Source of the DNA: an uncultured Bacteroidales bacterium | GTDB taxonomy: Bacteria; Bacteroidota; Bacteroidia; Bacteroidales; WCHB1-69 | DNA: 64,000 nucleotides | Assembly: GCA_946624065.1 (NCBI GenBank) | Contig: CAMORT010000002.1 | Coordinates: forward strand, 10,542 to 74,541 | Direction: 5' to 3' | Shown: one piece after another, positions 42,239-51,433 of the stretch | Position numbering within the stretch: the first letter of the stretch is position 1 | How the letters are laid out: the number at the start of each line of letters is the position of its first letter | Position numbers and translations under genes: made by a program | The notes under the pieces: generated by a model | What the model was told of the DNA's origin: nothing | The model's input: the letters and a program-made list of their open reading frames with translations, nothing else | Databases searched by the model: none

Positions 42239-42553
42239 ATGGCATTAGCAATTGATTCAAGCAATTTTGAAACCCTGATTAATGGGGACAAATTGGTGGT
42301 GATTGACTTTTGGGCCCCCTGGTGCGGACCTTGTCGCCACCTCGGACCGGTTGTCGAAGAAGTGGCCGCCGAATTTGAAGGCCAGGCCGTCATCGGCAAA
42401 TGCGACACCGACGAAAACAACGATCTCGCCATGCAGTTTGGCGTGATGAACATCCCTATGCTGGTGTTTGTCAAGAACAAAGAAGTAGTTGATAGTCTCG
42501 TGGGCCTCGTTCCCAAGGACCTCATCGTCGAAAAGGTTAAACAATATCTGTAA
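42239..42553 (+). CDS. trxA: Thioredoxin
   Basis: 104 aa with WAPWCGPC. Confidence 0.95.
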   Translation: MALAIDSSNFETLINGDKLVVIDFWAPWCGPCRHLGPVVEEVAAEFEGQAVIGKCDTDENNDLAMQFGVMNIPMLVFVKNKEVVDSLVGLVPKDLIVEKVKQYL

Positions 42554-42579
42554 TAGATCATTTTTTAAATTTTCAAAAT

Positions 42580-44244
42580 ATGAATACAGCTTTATTAATT
42601 TGCATCATCGGTACGATTGTCATCATACCGTTTTTGATTTACTATGTGCGTGAAGCCAAGCTGCATCACCCGAAGGGTTTGATTGCCGCCGCTTTGAGCA
42701 ACATGGGTGAGCGCTTCGGCTACTACATCATGAACGCCGTGCTGCTGCTCTTCCTCGTTTCCAAGTTCGGTCTGCCTGATGGCACTGCTGGCGTCATCTA
42801 CTCCGTCTTCTATTTCGGCATCTATGTGCTGAGTTTGGTGGGCGGTATCATTGCCGACAAGACGCAGAACTACAACAAAACCATCCAATGGGGTTTGATC
42901 ATCATGGCTATCGGATATGTGGCTATGGCTATTCCGTTGTTCAGCAAAACCGCCGAGGGCGCCATCCTCGACAGCGGCGCTGGCTGGTGGACTATCCTAA
43001 TCATCACTTGTATGGCTCTGTTGTTCATCGCATTCGGTAACGGTTTGTTCAAAGGCAACTTGCAGGCCATCGTAGGTAAATTGTACGATGAGTTTGAGGC
43101 CGAGGCCGCTAAGAAAGGCCCCGAAGCACTGGCAGAAGCCAAAGATCGCCGCGACTCCGGTTTCCAGATTTTCTATGTGTTCATCAACATTGGCGGTTTC
43201 TTCGCCCCGTTTATCGCTCCGTTCTTGCGCGAGTGGTGGCTGAAAGCGCACCATTTGGTGTATAATGCTGACATGTCCGGTCTTTGCCACCAGTTCCTGG
43301 CTAACGGTGAGCAAACCCAGAAGTTCACGGAGACCATGCAGGCCGTGCTCCAAAGCGGTTACAATTTCACGGACACCGCTGCATTCTGCTCCGACTACAT
43401 CACCGTGTTCAACCAAGGTGTACACTTCTCCTTCATCGCATCTGTGGTGGCCATGCTTATCTCTCTGACGATTTTCATCATGAATAAGTACAAACTGCCG
43501 CAACCCGCCAAGAAAGAACAAGCCCAAGTGGTGGAATACACCCAAGAGGAGAAACTCGCCATGGCAAAGGAAATCAAACAACGTTTGTACGCTTTGTTCG
43601 CTGTGCTGGGTATCGCTGTGTTCTTCTGGTTCTCATTCCACCAGAATGGCCAGTCCCTGTCTGTGTTTGCCCGCGACTTTGTCCAAACGGAGAAGATTGC
43701 CCCTGAAATCTGGCAAGCTTTGAACCCGTTCTTTGTGATTGTGCTCACCCCGATCATCATGGTTATATTCGGCGCTTTGGCGCGTAGAGGCAAACCCATT
43801 TCCACGCCTCGCAAGATTGCCATCGGTATGGCAATCGCCGGTATGGCTTACCTCTTCCTGATGATTATCTCCATCGTGAACAACTATCCTTCAGGTACTG
43901 ATTTCCGTGCTATGGACTTGGCCCAGATGGCCGCTGCTGGTCTTGCCAAGGCCGCTCCTTGGGTATTGCTTGTTACCTATTTCTTCTTGACTGTAGCAGA
44001 GTTGTTTATCTCTCCGCTGGGTCTCTCCTTCGTATCCAAGGTGGCTCCGCGCCACATGGTGGGCTTGTGCCAGGGTTTGTGGCTTGGCGCTACCGCTATC
44101 GGCAACCTGCTGATTTGGCTCGGACCTGTGATGTACAACGCATGGCCGATCAAATACTGCTGGCTTGTGTTCGCAGTGGTTTGCTTCCTCTCCATGGCTA
44201 TCATGCTCGGCATGGTGAAATGGTTGGAGAGAGTGACGAAATAG
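42580..44244 (+). CDS. POT/PTR2-family proton-dependent oligopeptide transporter
   Basis: 554 aa, about 14 TM helices. N-terminal signature GERFGYYIMNAVLLLFL (ExxERFxYY-like). Confidence 0.85.
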   Translation: MNTALLICIIGTIVIIPFLIYYVREAKLHHPKGLIAAALSNMGERFGYYIMNAVLLLFLVSKFGLPDGTAGVIYSVFYFGIYVLSLVGGIIADKTQNYNKTIQWGLIIMAIGYVAMAIPLFSKTAEGAILDSGAGWWTILIITCMALLFIAFGNGLFKGNLQAIVGKLYDEFEAEAAKKGPEALAEAKDRRDSGFQIFYVFINIGGFFAPFIAPFLREWWLKAHHLVYNADMSGLCHQFLANGEQTQKFTETMQAVLQSGYNFTDTAAFCSDYITVFNQGVHFSFIASVVAMLISLTIFIMNKYKLPQPAKKEQAQVVEYTQEEKLAMAKEIKQRLYALFAVLGIAVFFWFSFHQNGQSLSVFARDFVQTEKIAPEIWQALNPFFVIVLTPIIMVIFGALARRGKPISTPRKIAIGMAIAGMAYLFLMIISIVNNYPSGTDFRAMDLAQMAAAGLAKAAPWVLLVTYFFLTVAELFISPLGLSFVSKVAPRHMVGLCQGLWLGATAIGNLLIWLGPVMYNAWPIKYCWLVFAVVCFLSMAIMLGMVKWLERVTK

Positions 44245-44264
44245 TAATTAATTTCACAACGAAT

Positions 44265-44298
44265 AAAAAAGGCAGACTCTAATGTCTGCCTTTTTTTT
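44265..44298. terminator. Bidirectional intrinsic terminator
   Basis: A6-GGCAGAC-TCTAAT-GTCTGCC-T8, between convergent genes. Confidence 0.8.
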
Positions 44299-45880
44299 AT
44301 TTTTTGATTACCTGTTTGGCCTTGAGGATGGTTTCGTCCGTTTCGTTGATGACGGGGTAGAAAGCGTCATTACCATATAGATTCCGCCCAATCAAGGCCT
44401 TAATCCACAATTTAAGTTCCTTTTTGGAGTTGGCGGTGAGATAGGGAGCTTTCTTACCCGTGAGTTTGGTATAATAGTTGAGCATTTGGTTCAGTTCCTT
44501 GTCTGAGAAAGAGGCTTTTGTCCTGAAGGTGACGGCATCGGGAAACTGTTTTTTCAGTTCGGTTTTGTGGTCGTTGGTGTAGTTGAAGGCGAATTGCACC
44601 AATGCGGCAGTGTTGGCCACCATATAATAGCCGTCGAGGTCATTGCCTTGATGGATGGGCACGAAATAGTCGGGCATGATGCCGCCTCCACCATACACGG
44701 TGCGTCCTCCGACGGTCTTATATGCGATGGACTTGTCCTGTTTGATGCTGTCGATATTCTCCATCTCGCCGCGGGCGAGGCGTTCGTAAATTTCTTCGTA
44801 ATAGGCCTCCGTGCCGTTCTTGTAGTCGCGTTGGATACAGCGTCCGCTGGGGGTGTGGTAGCGCGCGGTGGTGAGGCGGATGGTGGATTTGTCGGATAAG
44901 TCGAACTGTCTTTGTACCAATCCTTTGCCAAAGGAACGGCGTCCCACGATCATACCTCTGTCGTTGTCTTGCACCGCTCCTGCCACAATCTCGGCCGCCG
45001 AAGCGCTGAAGTCGTCAATGAGAACGACCAACTTGCCTTTTTCAAAGTTGCCCTTATGGGTGGCATAGATAATCTCCGGTCTGACTTTCAATCCTTCCAC
45101 CGACACAATCTTTTGGTTTTTGCCCAAAAACTCATCACACACGCCGATAGCGGCATCCAAAAAACCGCCCGAATTGCCGCGCAAGTCCAGAATCATGGAG
45201 GTCATACCCTTTTTTTTCAACTTGTAGATGGCGTCTTGGAACTCTTTCACGGTTGTGCTTCCAAATTCATTCATCTTGATATAACCGGTATGCGGATCTG
45301 TCATGTATGCCACATCAATGGTATAGGTGGGGATGACATTGCGGGTGATTTCGTATGCGTAGATGTCTTTGAACCCAGGGCGTATCACGCCTATTTTTAC
45401 CTTGGTGCCTTTTTTACCACGCAACAGTTTGAAAACCTGTTCATTAGAGGTTCCTATAATGGATTTGCCGTTTACGGTGACAATTCGGTCGCCGGCGCGC
45501 ACGCCCGACTTTTCCGCAGGACCACCTGATATGGTGGAGATTACCATTACGGTGTCGTTCATGATGTTGAACTGAATGCCCACACCCTCAAAGGCGCCAT
45601 TCAGCGACTCCATCATGGTTTTGTTCTCTGCAGGCGTGGCGTAAGCCGAGTGGGGGTCCAGACTGTGCAGCACACTGCTTATGGCTTGGTCATACACAGA
45701 ATCAATGTTGACGGAATCCACATAATATTGGTTAATGTATTGCATCACCTCGTTGAGTTTGTTGTTTTGCGTGTTCAACAAAACCGTTTTCCGCGAAGGC
45801 AGGAAATTGACTGCCACGGAAACGCCAAACAGAAAAGCGATGAGAAGGTATAAGAAGATAATCCAGTTGTTATGTTTCAT
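44297..45880 (-). CDS. S41-family C-terminal processing peptidase
   Basis: 527 aa with an N-terminal membrane anchor. PDZ region (GPAEKSGVRAGDRIVTVNG), catalytic-Ser region LRGNSGGFL, and DDFSASAAEIV. Confidence 0.88.
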   Translation of the reverse strand: MKHNNWIIFLYLLIAFLFGVSVAVNFLPSRKTVLLNTQNNKLNEVMQYINQYYVDSVNIDSVYDQAISSVLHSLDPHSAYATPAENKTMMESLNGAFEGVGIQFNIMNDTVMVISTISGGPAEKSGVRAGDRIVTVNGKSIIGTSNEQVFKLLRGKKGTKVKIGVIRPGFKDIYAYEITRNVIPTYTIDVAYMTDPHTGYIKMNEFGSTTVKEFQDAIYKLKKKGMTSMILDLRGNSGGFLDAAIGVCDEFLGKNQKIVSVEGLKVRPEIIYATHKGNFEKGKLVVLIDDFSASAAEIVAGAVQDNDRGMIVGRRSFGKGLVQRQFDLSDKSTIRLTTARYHTPSGRCIQRDYKNGTEAYYEEIYERLARGEMENIDSIKQDKSIAYKTVGGRTVYGGGGIMPDYFVPIHQGNDLDGYYMVANTAALVQFAFNYTNDHKTELKKQFPDAVTFRTKASFSDKELNQMLNYYTKLTGKKAPYLTANSKKELKLWIKALIGRNLYGNDAFYPVINETDETILKAKQVIKK

Positions 45881-45887
45881 ATTGTCG

Positions 45888-45943
45888 AGGCGTACGGCCG
45901 TACGCCTTTATTTGTTTAAGATTGGGATGCACGGCCGTGCATC
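45888..45943. repeat. Two GC-rich palindromes sharing a GYACGGCCGTRC core
   Basis: AGGCGTAC-GGCC-GTACGCCT (45888-45907) and GATGCAC-GGCC-GTGCATC (45926-45943), between two same-strand genes. Confidence 0.65.
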
Positions 45944-45944
45944 T

Positions 45945-46964
45945 TTACTGTTGTCGTTGTATGGATGTTTGGTGCAATAGTTCCAAAAACTGTGCCAGAA
46001 AATCACGATAAGCAGGATCCAGTCCTTCTTTTAGGTAGCGTTCCGTGACCTGCTGCCATTGTTTGGGCTGGACTACTGGCAGGTTGTTTTCTTTTTTGAT
46101 GCGTGCGATTTCGTCCACGATTTCCATGCGTTTGGCCAGCAATTCGCTCAGTTGGGTGTCCACATGCTCGAGCAGTGCGCGTTGTTTGATGAGTTCCGCA
46201 TTCGGCATGTCGGTTTTAAAGGTCAGAGACTGGATGAGGTCGCCCCATTGGGCAGGAGTCAGTTGCTGGGAGGCATCACTCAGGGCTTCTGCCGGACTAT
46301 AATGTGTTTCCAGCATAAGTCCGTTAAAACCATAATTCAAAGCGAGTTGTGCCACTTGAGGAATCCATTTCACATTACCGCAAAGGTGGGAAGGATCGCA
46401 CAAAATGGGCAGTTCGGGATAGTGAACTTTCAAGTCAATAGGGATTTCCCAGCAAGGGGCGTTGCGATACACATTCTCATTACCGTTGGCGAAACCACGG
46501 TGCACGGCGATAACTTGTGAGACACCCGCTTGTAAGAAACGCTCGATGTTGCCGATCCAGAGGTTGAGGTCAGGTACGATGGGATTCTTAACAAGGATGG
46601 TAAAGGGTTTCTCTTTGACCGCGTCGGCAATTTTCTGCACTTCGACGGGGTTCACGCCCGTGCGCGCACCCACCCACAATGTCGTAATGCCCGCCTTGGC
46701 GCAGGCGTCAACCTGTTTGGCAGTCATCACTTCGGTGCACACGCGGATTCCGAACCCCCGCTGCACCTCCCCTAACCAAGGCAATGCCTCATTACCCAAA
46801 CCCTTGAAACTGTTCGGGTTACTGCGCGGTTTCCATACACCTGCCCTGAAATAGTCCAACGCTATTCCAGTCCGCTTTATCTCCTGACTCAGCAGCTCGG
46901 CGGTTGTGAAGAGTTGATGTTCACTCTCCACGGCACAAGGTCCAGCAATCAAAACAGGTTTCAT
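45945..46964 (-). CDS. Bifunctional 3-deoxy-7-phosphoheptulonate (DAHP) synthase / chorismate mutase type II
   Basis: 339 aa. The N-terminus MKPVLIAGPCAVESEHQL is the KDO8PS-like DAHPS subclass. The C-terminal ~90 aa form an AroQ-like helical domain (LIKQRALLEHVDTQLSELLAKRMEIVDEIARIKKENNLPVVQPKQWQQV). Confidence 0.85.
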   Translation of the reverse strand: MKPVLIAGPCAVESEHQLFTTAELLSQEIKRTGIALDYFRAGVWKPRSNPNSFKGLGNEALPWLGEVQRGFGIRVCTEVMTAKQVDACAKAGITTLWVGARTGVNPVEVQKIADAVKEKPFTILVKNPIVPDLNLWIGNIERFLQAGVSQVIAVHRGFANGNENVYRNAPCWEIPIDLKVHYPELPILCDPSHLCGNVKWIPQVAQLALNYGFNGLMLETHYSPAEALSDASQQLTPAQWGDLIQSLTFKTDMPNAELIKQRALLEHVDTQLSELLAKRMEIVDEIARIKKENNLPVVQPKQWQQVTERYLKEGLDPAYRDFLAQFLELLHQTSIQRQQ

Positions 46965-46965
46965 C

Positions 46966-49900
46966 CTACTCTTCCTCTTCTAAGTTCGTATAGTATTTCT
47001 TCACAAATTTGTTCTTCCAACCGAGGTTGCCTAACTTATAAGAGAACGATGGCAAACCTTTGGCATTGTCAGGTGCCAGCGACTTGTTCTTCGGTTTGGT
47101 GTTCTTGATGGCTTCGTTGAAGTTTTTGTCCGAAGAATAACCCGAAACCACATTGTTGTCGAATTGGAAATAATAGTATTGGTCATCAAATTCAAAATAG
47201 AGGTAGAGTTTGTTGCGCGACCCCCGCTTTTCAATCACGATGCGGCCGGGAACCATCTTGTATATCGTTTTGGCACCGCAGATGATCAACGGAAGCGTGG
47301 TTTGCGATTTGAAGGTGGATTGGTCTTTGTCCCATTCAAAATCGATGTTGGAGAAGAGGAACTTCACCTGCAGCGCTTCGGGCAGACGGCGTTGCGTACC
47401 CAATGCCACATTGCGGGTATAGCGCTGGTATTCGGTTTTACCCAAGATGTTGTATAAGGCCATGTCGTACGCCTCATCGGAGGAAACATCCACAAAGTCC
47501 AGCGAGGTGGCGTTGTCCAATGCCTTGTTCATGCTCTTCATGGACTCTTCGTTGAAGAAGAAGTCAATGGAGGTGGTCAGATGCATTTCCGCTGAATCGG
47601 CAGTTATATAATTGATGATGGTACCATTGGTGACGAAATTCACACGTCCCAACTTGGTTCCCATATCAATGGTACCGGTACCCGTGGCCACACAATTGTC
47701 GGTGTTCAGTGTGATGATGTTGCCAGGCACAGTGGGATCCTGCAGTTTTTCCAAAGAGGCGGCCTTGTATTCGTGCGTTGCTTTGTCGTAAGTGATGTAT
47801 CCGAAAACATTGATGTATTCGGCATCGTTGAACTCATCTTTAGCTTCGCCGAATGCGGTGTAGATGCGACCTGTCTTGTTGGAGGAGGTGATGGCCACCA
47901 CCACTTTCCGGTCGTCCATGTCCTTGGTGCGGTCGTGCACTTGAAGCAAAATGTTGTTGGGGTCAACTTGTTGCAAGATCTTCATGGGCGCATGGCGGAT
48001 AGAGTCGCATCCATGGCGGATCTCAACACCACCAAAATAGGACAGGAAGGGTTGTGTGCTGTGCAACTCGGCGCGCCCGCTGAACCCGAACTGGTCGCTG
48101 AACTGGAAGTTCATCTCGGCAGGAATCTTGGCATCACCGAATGTTTCCTTGTTGAAATAGATGGTGTCAAAATAAATTTTCTGTACCCGCTGATTCTCGT
48201 CCACATAATCATAATAACCATTGGCATAGAACTTTGTGGCGGTCTGGAGACGGGTGTAGCAGTCGTATAGCTCGTGGAATTTGTTGTCCCTGCCAGCCAA
48301 AATGCGCGATTTGGGTAGCGGGTCCACATACGCTTTCTCGCGGATAATCACTTCACCATGCGCGGGAATGATGGCAGCGTCGCCAGCGTTGATGTAGCGC
48401 ACACCATGGGCAAAAATCACATTTTTGGTGAAGTCAAACTCCGCACTGAGGGCGGGGAAGTGGTATCCCACAGCTGGATCTGCCGCATATAATTCATTGT
48501 CAAGACTTTGCATATCAACCAGCTCGCGCGACGGGGTGTTGTCGATATCCACATTCTTGTATGGGTCATCCCATTTGAAACGCAATAAGGTGGAGTCGAT
48601 GGGATCCCATTCAAACTCAGAAGACTTGGCTTTAATCTCATTCTTCACAAAATAAACAATGGAAGCGGTGCCGTTGGCTTTGAAATGACCTTTACGGGTT
48701 TCAAAATTGATGTGGGAATTGTAGTTGTCGGTGGAGAATGCGATGTCCTCACCTTTGCTGATATCATAAATCCGCAAATCAGCGGTGTCGGAGAGCAATT
48801 CGTGATGTTTGAAGTCGAACAATCTGGAGGAGATGTCCGCTCTGCCAAATTTCACAATGCCGGTTCCTTGCATTCCGGAAGGCGTGATTTTGGAGTTGCC
48901 AGTAAGCAAAGTTTCATTGAACACGCTCATCGGATTCTTGATGGTGTGCACAAACATTTGATCCTTATAGGGTTCCCAGTGCAGATAACCGTCTTCCATG
49001 CTGGCGGGTGGGAATTCCACACCGCCTTGTTGTTCGGCCACAATGTGGTTGTTGGCGGAACCGTTGGTGGAATCCAAATAGAATACGAGACTGTCGGACA
49101 CCGTGTGGGAGGTGATGTAGTCGATTTCTCCATTACCACGCAATCCCCTGTTGCTCAAATCCACAACACCCTTGTATGAACCTTTTGTCCCGTACATAGG
49201 CAATCCGTTGGTGTGATGGGTGAAACCGAAGGAGAAGTCCGGTTGCACTTTCAACGGCTCGGAAATGTCGGGGAAGATGCCGCCCGACACCAGCGATCCG
49301 GTAAACTTCATGGAGTCAATGACAAAGTTGTCCAAGTTGACGATTCTGAAGGAGTTGACCGCATAATAAAAACGGTCACGCGTATAGACACCACCGAGCA
49401 CATAAGGTTTGTCATAAAACACCTTACCGCCCTTTCGTGCTTCAAAGATGGGGTATTCGGGAATGTCGGTCATGCCGGATTTGTTGCCCGGAGCATCCAC
49501 ATAAAGCACGCCGGAGAGTTCTTCAATGCGGCCTTGCACTTGACGGAGCGGATAGTCACCGTACATGTCCATTTTGCCGTTCTTGTCCTCCACATACATA
49601 ATCAAGGTGTCGATGACATTCATATCGACCAGGAAACGATCGTAGTTGAACTCGCAGTTGTGGGCGATAAAGTCAAACAGACCGCCGATGACGCGTCCGG
49701 AGAAGGTCATGTCGCGGTTTTTCTTTACCGTAACCAATTCGTTCATCGGATACACATTCACAATCTGCGGGTCGCTGAGCACAAAGAACTCACACCCCGT
49801 GATTTTCAAATCATTGGTCAGCAAATCCATGGAGGCGTAATGGTTCTTGGACTCCAGACGAATATAATCGTAGTCTTTCTTTTTAACCTGATTATTAAGA

Positions 49901-51429
49901 TATTGTGAAATCTTAGGGCGGAAGTGAATGCGGTTGTTGTTCACATCATACTCAATGAATCCGCGGGCGGCGAAGTCGAGCATCATGGCCTTGATGTCCA
50001 AAGGCGGTTTGTTGAACCAGCGGATGACATCTTCAATGGTGACATCTTCATAGCCGGCGGAGTAGAAAAGCTGCCAAAGGGTATAGAGCGGATTCACTTG
50101 GTTTACGCCGGCAATTTCGTGCATGACGGACTCATCATAATAATTTTGAGACTCGAAAAATGCGGATTGCTCACTGGTGTTGCCTACAATGGGTCGGAAC
50201 TCGATACGCTGCTCGTTGGTGTTCCATTGGATAGATTCTACCGTGATATCCAATTTATGGTATGAGTCGAAAAATGGGGATCTGCCAACCCCTTGCTTCG
50301 GGCGGGAAATGAGAAGTTCTTTGGTTTCGTTGTTGTACTTGAAATTGGCGGCAGGATGGAAAATGGAGTCCTCTTCTATATAAATGCTTACTTTGGCGTC
50401 TTCCGACAGCAGGTTGGTGGGACGAATCAGGAAGCTTTTGGAGGCGGCCTTGATAATGGGTTTCTTATCGCGAAGAATCGTGATGTTCGCCAAGGTGTCG
50501 CCGGATGAGGTTCCGTAAATGGAGGCGCCGCGCAACTCAAATCCGCCAACATAGTTCACATCCGTATATAAGTTATTGATTGCTATTGTTTTATCGTTAC
50601 TGATGAAACGGGGGTAAGTGGCCTTTTCTTCTGAAGTGGGCAGCACAGCTTTGTCAATAACGGTGCCCATAATAGGGCGGCTGAACAACTTTGGATAATG
50701 AAAGGTGATATTGGCGGCCTCCACTTTTGGAAAACGCATATCAATTTCGTAAGATTTCAATTCGGCTTTCACATTATCAGGCAAGCCAGCGCGATCCCAG
50801 TAAATGGTGCCCTGGGTGGCGTTGAATTTGATTCTGGCAGGATAGTAGCGCCCACTGACATCAACCACTGTCAAACTGTCTTTGGTAGAATGTCCTATCA
50901 AATCCACTCGTTTGAAATCGAAATAGGGTTCTTGGTCAAACCCCATTACCTCCGCTTGTCCGTCCACCACCCATTTGACATTATCTTCCTGATTCAGAAT
51001 GTTATTCCGGAAGAACCGCTCATAGAGCAGCATGTTTTTCTGGAACAAGGTGACGCTGTGCGTGGCGTGATACTCCACCATTTTCACCCAGGTCTCCGTT
51101 TCAGCGGCATATTCGCTGGACGCAAAGGCCATGTATGCGTGCATGTAGGACTGGAACTGCGGAATGGGGCGGAACTTGTGGCGCAACAAAGCGTTGGCTT
51201 CCTGAATGAACGCCAGTTGGTTCTCATAGTCGATGGAGGTGGTCCAAAAAGCGGTGAATTCCGCCAGCATGTCGTTGGCCTCTTTCTGCCGGTCTTTGGA
51301 CACGGTGGACAAATAAGATTTCATTTCCTCCACGGTGACGGTCGGGTCATTGGAGAAGGAGTTGAAACGCTGTGCGAAAACGGTGAAAACCGTGCAGCAT
51401 ACAGCGATAGTCAGAAGGATTTTTTTCAT
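46966..51429 (-). CDS. Very large secreted hypothetical protein (1487 aa)
   Basis: Uninterrupted 4.46-kb ORF with signal peptide MKKILLTIAVCCTVFTVFAQ. No motif I can assign. The start is 4 nt after the upstream stop, and the stop is 1 nt before the downstream start. Confidence 0.85.
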   Translation of the reverse strand: MKKILLTIAVCCTVFTVFAQRFNSFSNDPTVTVEEMKSYLSTVSKDRQKEANDMLAEFTAFWTTSIDYENQLAFIQEANALLRHKFRPIPQFQSYMHAYMAFASSEYAAETETWVKMVEYHATHSVTLFQKNMLLYERFFRNNILNQEDNVKWVVDGQAEVMGFDQEPYFDFKRVDLIGHSTKDSLTVVDVSGRYYPARIKFNATQGTIYWDRAGLPDNVKAELKSYEIDMRFPKVEAANITFHYPKLFSRPIMGTVIDKAVLPTSEEKATYPRFISNDKTIAINNLYTDVNYVGGFELRGASIYGTSSGDTLANITILRDKKPIIKAASKSFLIRPTNLLSEDAKVSIYIEEDSIFHPAANFKYNNETKELLISRPKQGVGRSPFFDSYHKLDITVESIQWNTNEQRIEFRPIVGNTSEQSAFFESQNYYDESVMHEIAGVNQVNPLYTLWQLFYSAGYEDVTIEDVIRWFNKPPLDIKAMMLDFAARGFIEYDVNNNRIHFRPKISQYLNNQVKKKDYDYIRLESKNHYASMDLLTNDLKITGCEFFVLSDPQIVNVYPMNELVTVKKNRDMTFSGRVIGGLFDFIAHNCEFNYDRFLVDMNVIDTLIMYVEDKNGKMDMYGDYPLRQVQGRIEELSGVLYVDAPGNKSGMTDIPEYPIFEARKGGKVFYDKPYVLGGVYTRDRFYYAVNSFRIVNLDNFVIDSMKFTGSLVSGGIFPDISEPLKVQPDFSFGFTHHTNGLPMYGTKGSYKGVVDLSNRGLRGNGEIDYITSHTVSDSLVFYLDSTNGSANNHIVAEQQGGVEFPPASMEDGYLHWEPYKDQMFVHTIKNPMSVFNETLLTGNSKITPSGMQGTGIVKFGRADISSRLFDFKHHELLSDTADLRIYDISKGEDIAFSTDNYNSHINFETRKGHFKANGTASIVYFVKNEIKAKSSEFEWDPIDSTLLRFKWDDPYKNVDIDNTPSRELVDMQSLDNELYAADPAVGYHFPALSAEFDFTKNVIFAHGVRYINAGDAAIIPAHGEVIIREKAYVDPLPKSRILAGRDNKFHELYDCYTRLQTATKFYANGYYDYVDENQRVQKIYFDTIYFNKETFGDAKIPAEMNFQFSDQFGFSGRAELHSTQPFLSYFGGVEIRHGCDSIRHAPMKILQQVDPNNILLQVHDRTKDMDDRKVVVAITSSNKTGRIYTAFGEAKDEFNDAEYINVFGYITYDKATHEYKAASLEKLQDPTVPGNIITLNTDNCVATGTGTIDMGTKLGRVNFVTNGTIINYITADSAEMHLTTSIDFFFNEESMKSMNKALDNATSLDFVDVSSDEAYDMALYNILGKTEYQRYTRNVALGTQRRLPEALQVKFLFSNIDFEWDKDQSTFKSQTTLPLIICGAKTIYKMVPGRIVIEKRGSRNKLYLYFEFDDQYYYFQFDNNVVSGYSSDKNFNEAIKNTKPKNKSLAPDNAKGLPSFSYKLGNLGWKNKFVKKYYTNLEEEE

Positions 51430-51433
51430 AATA

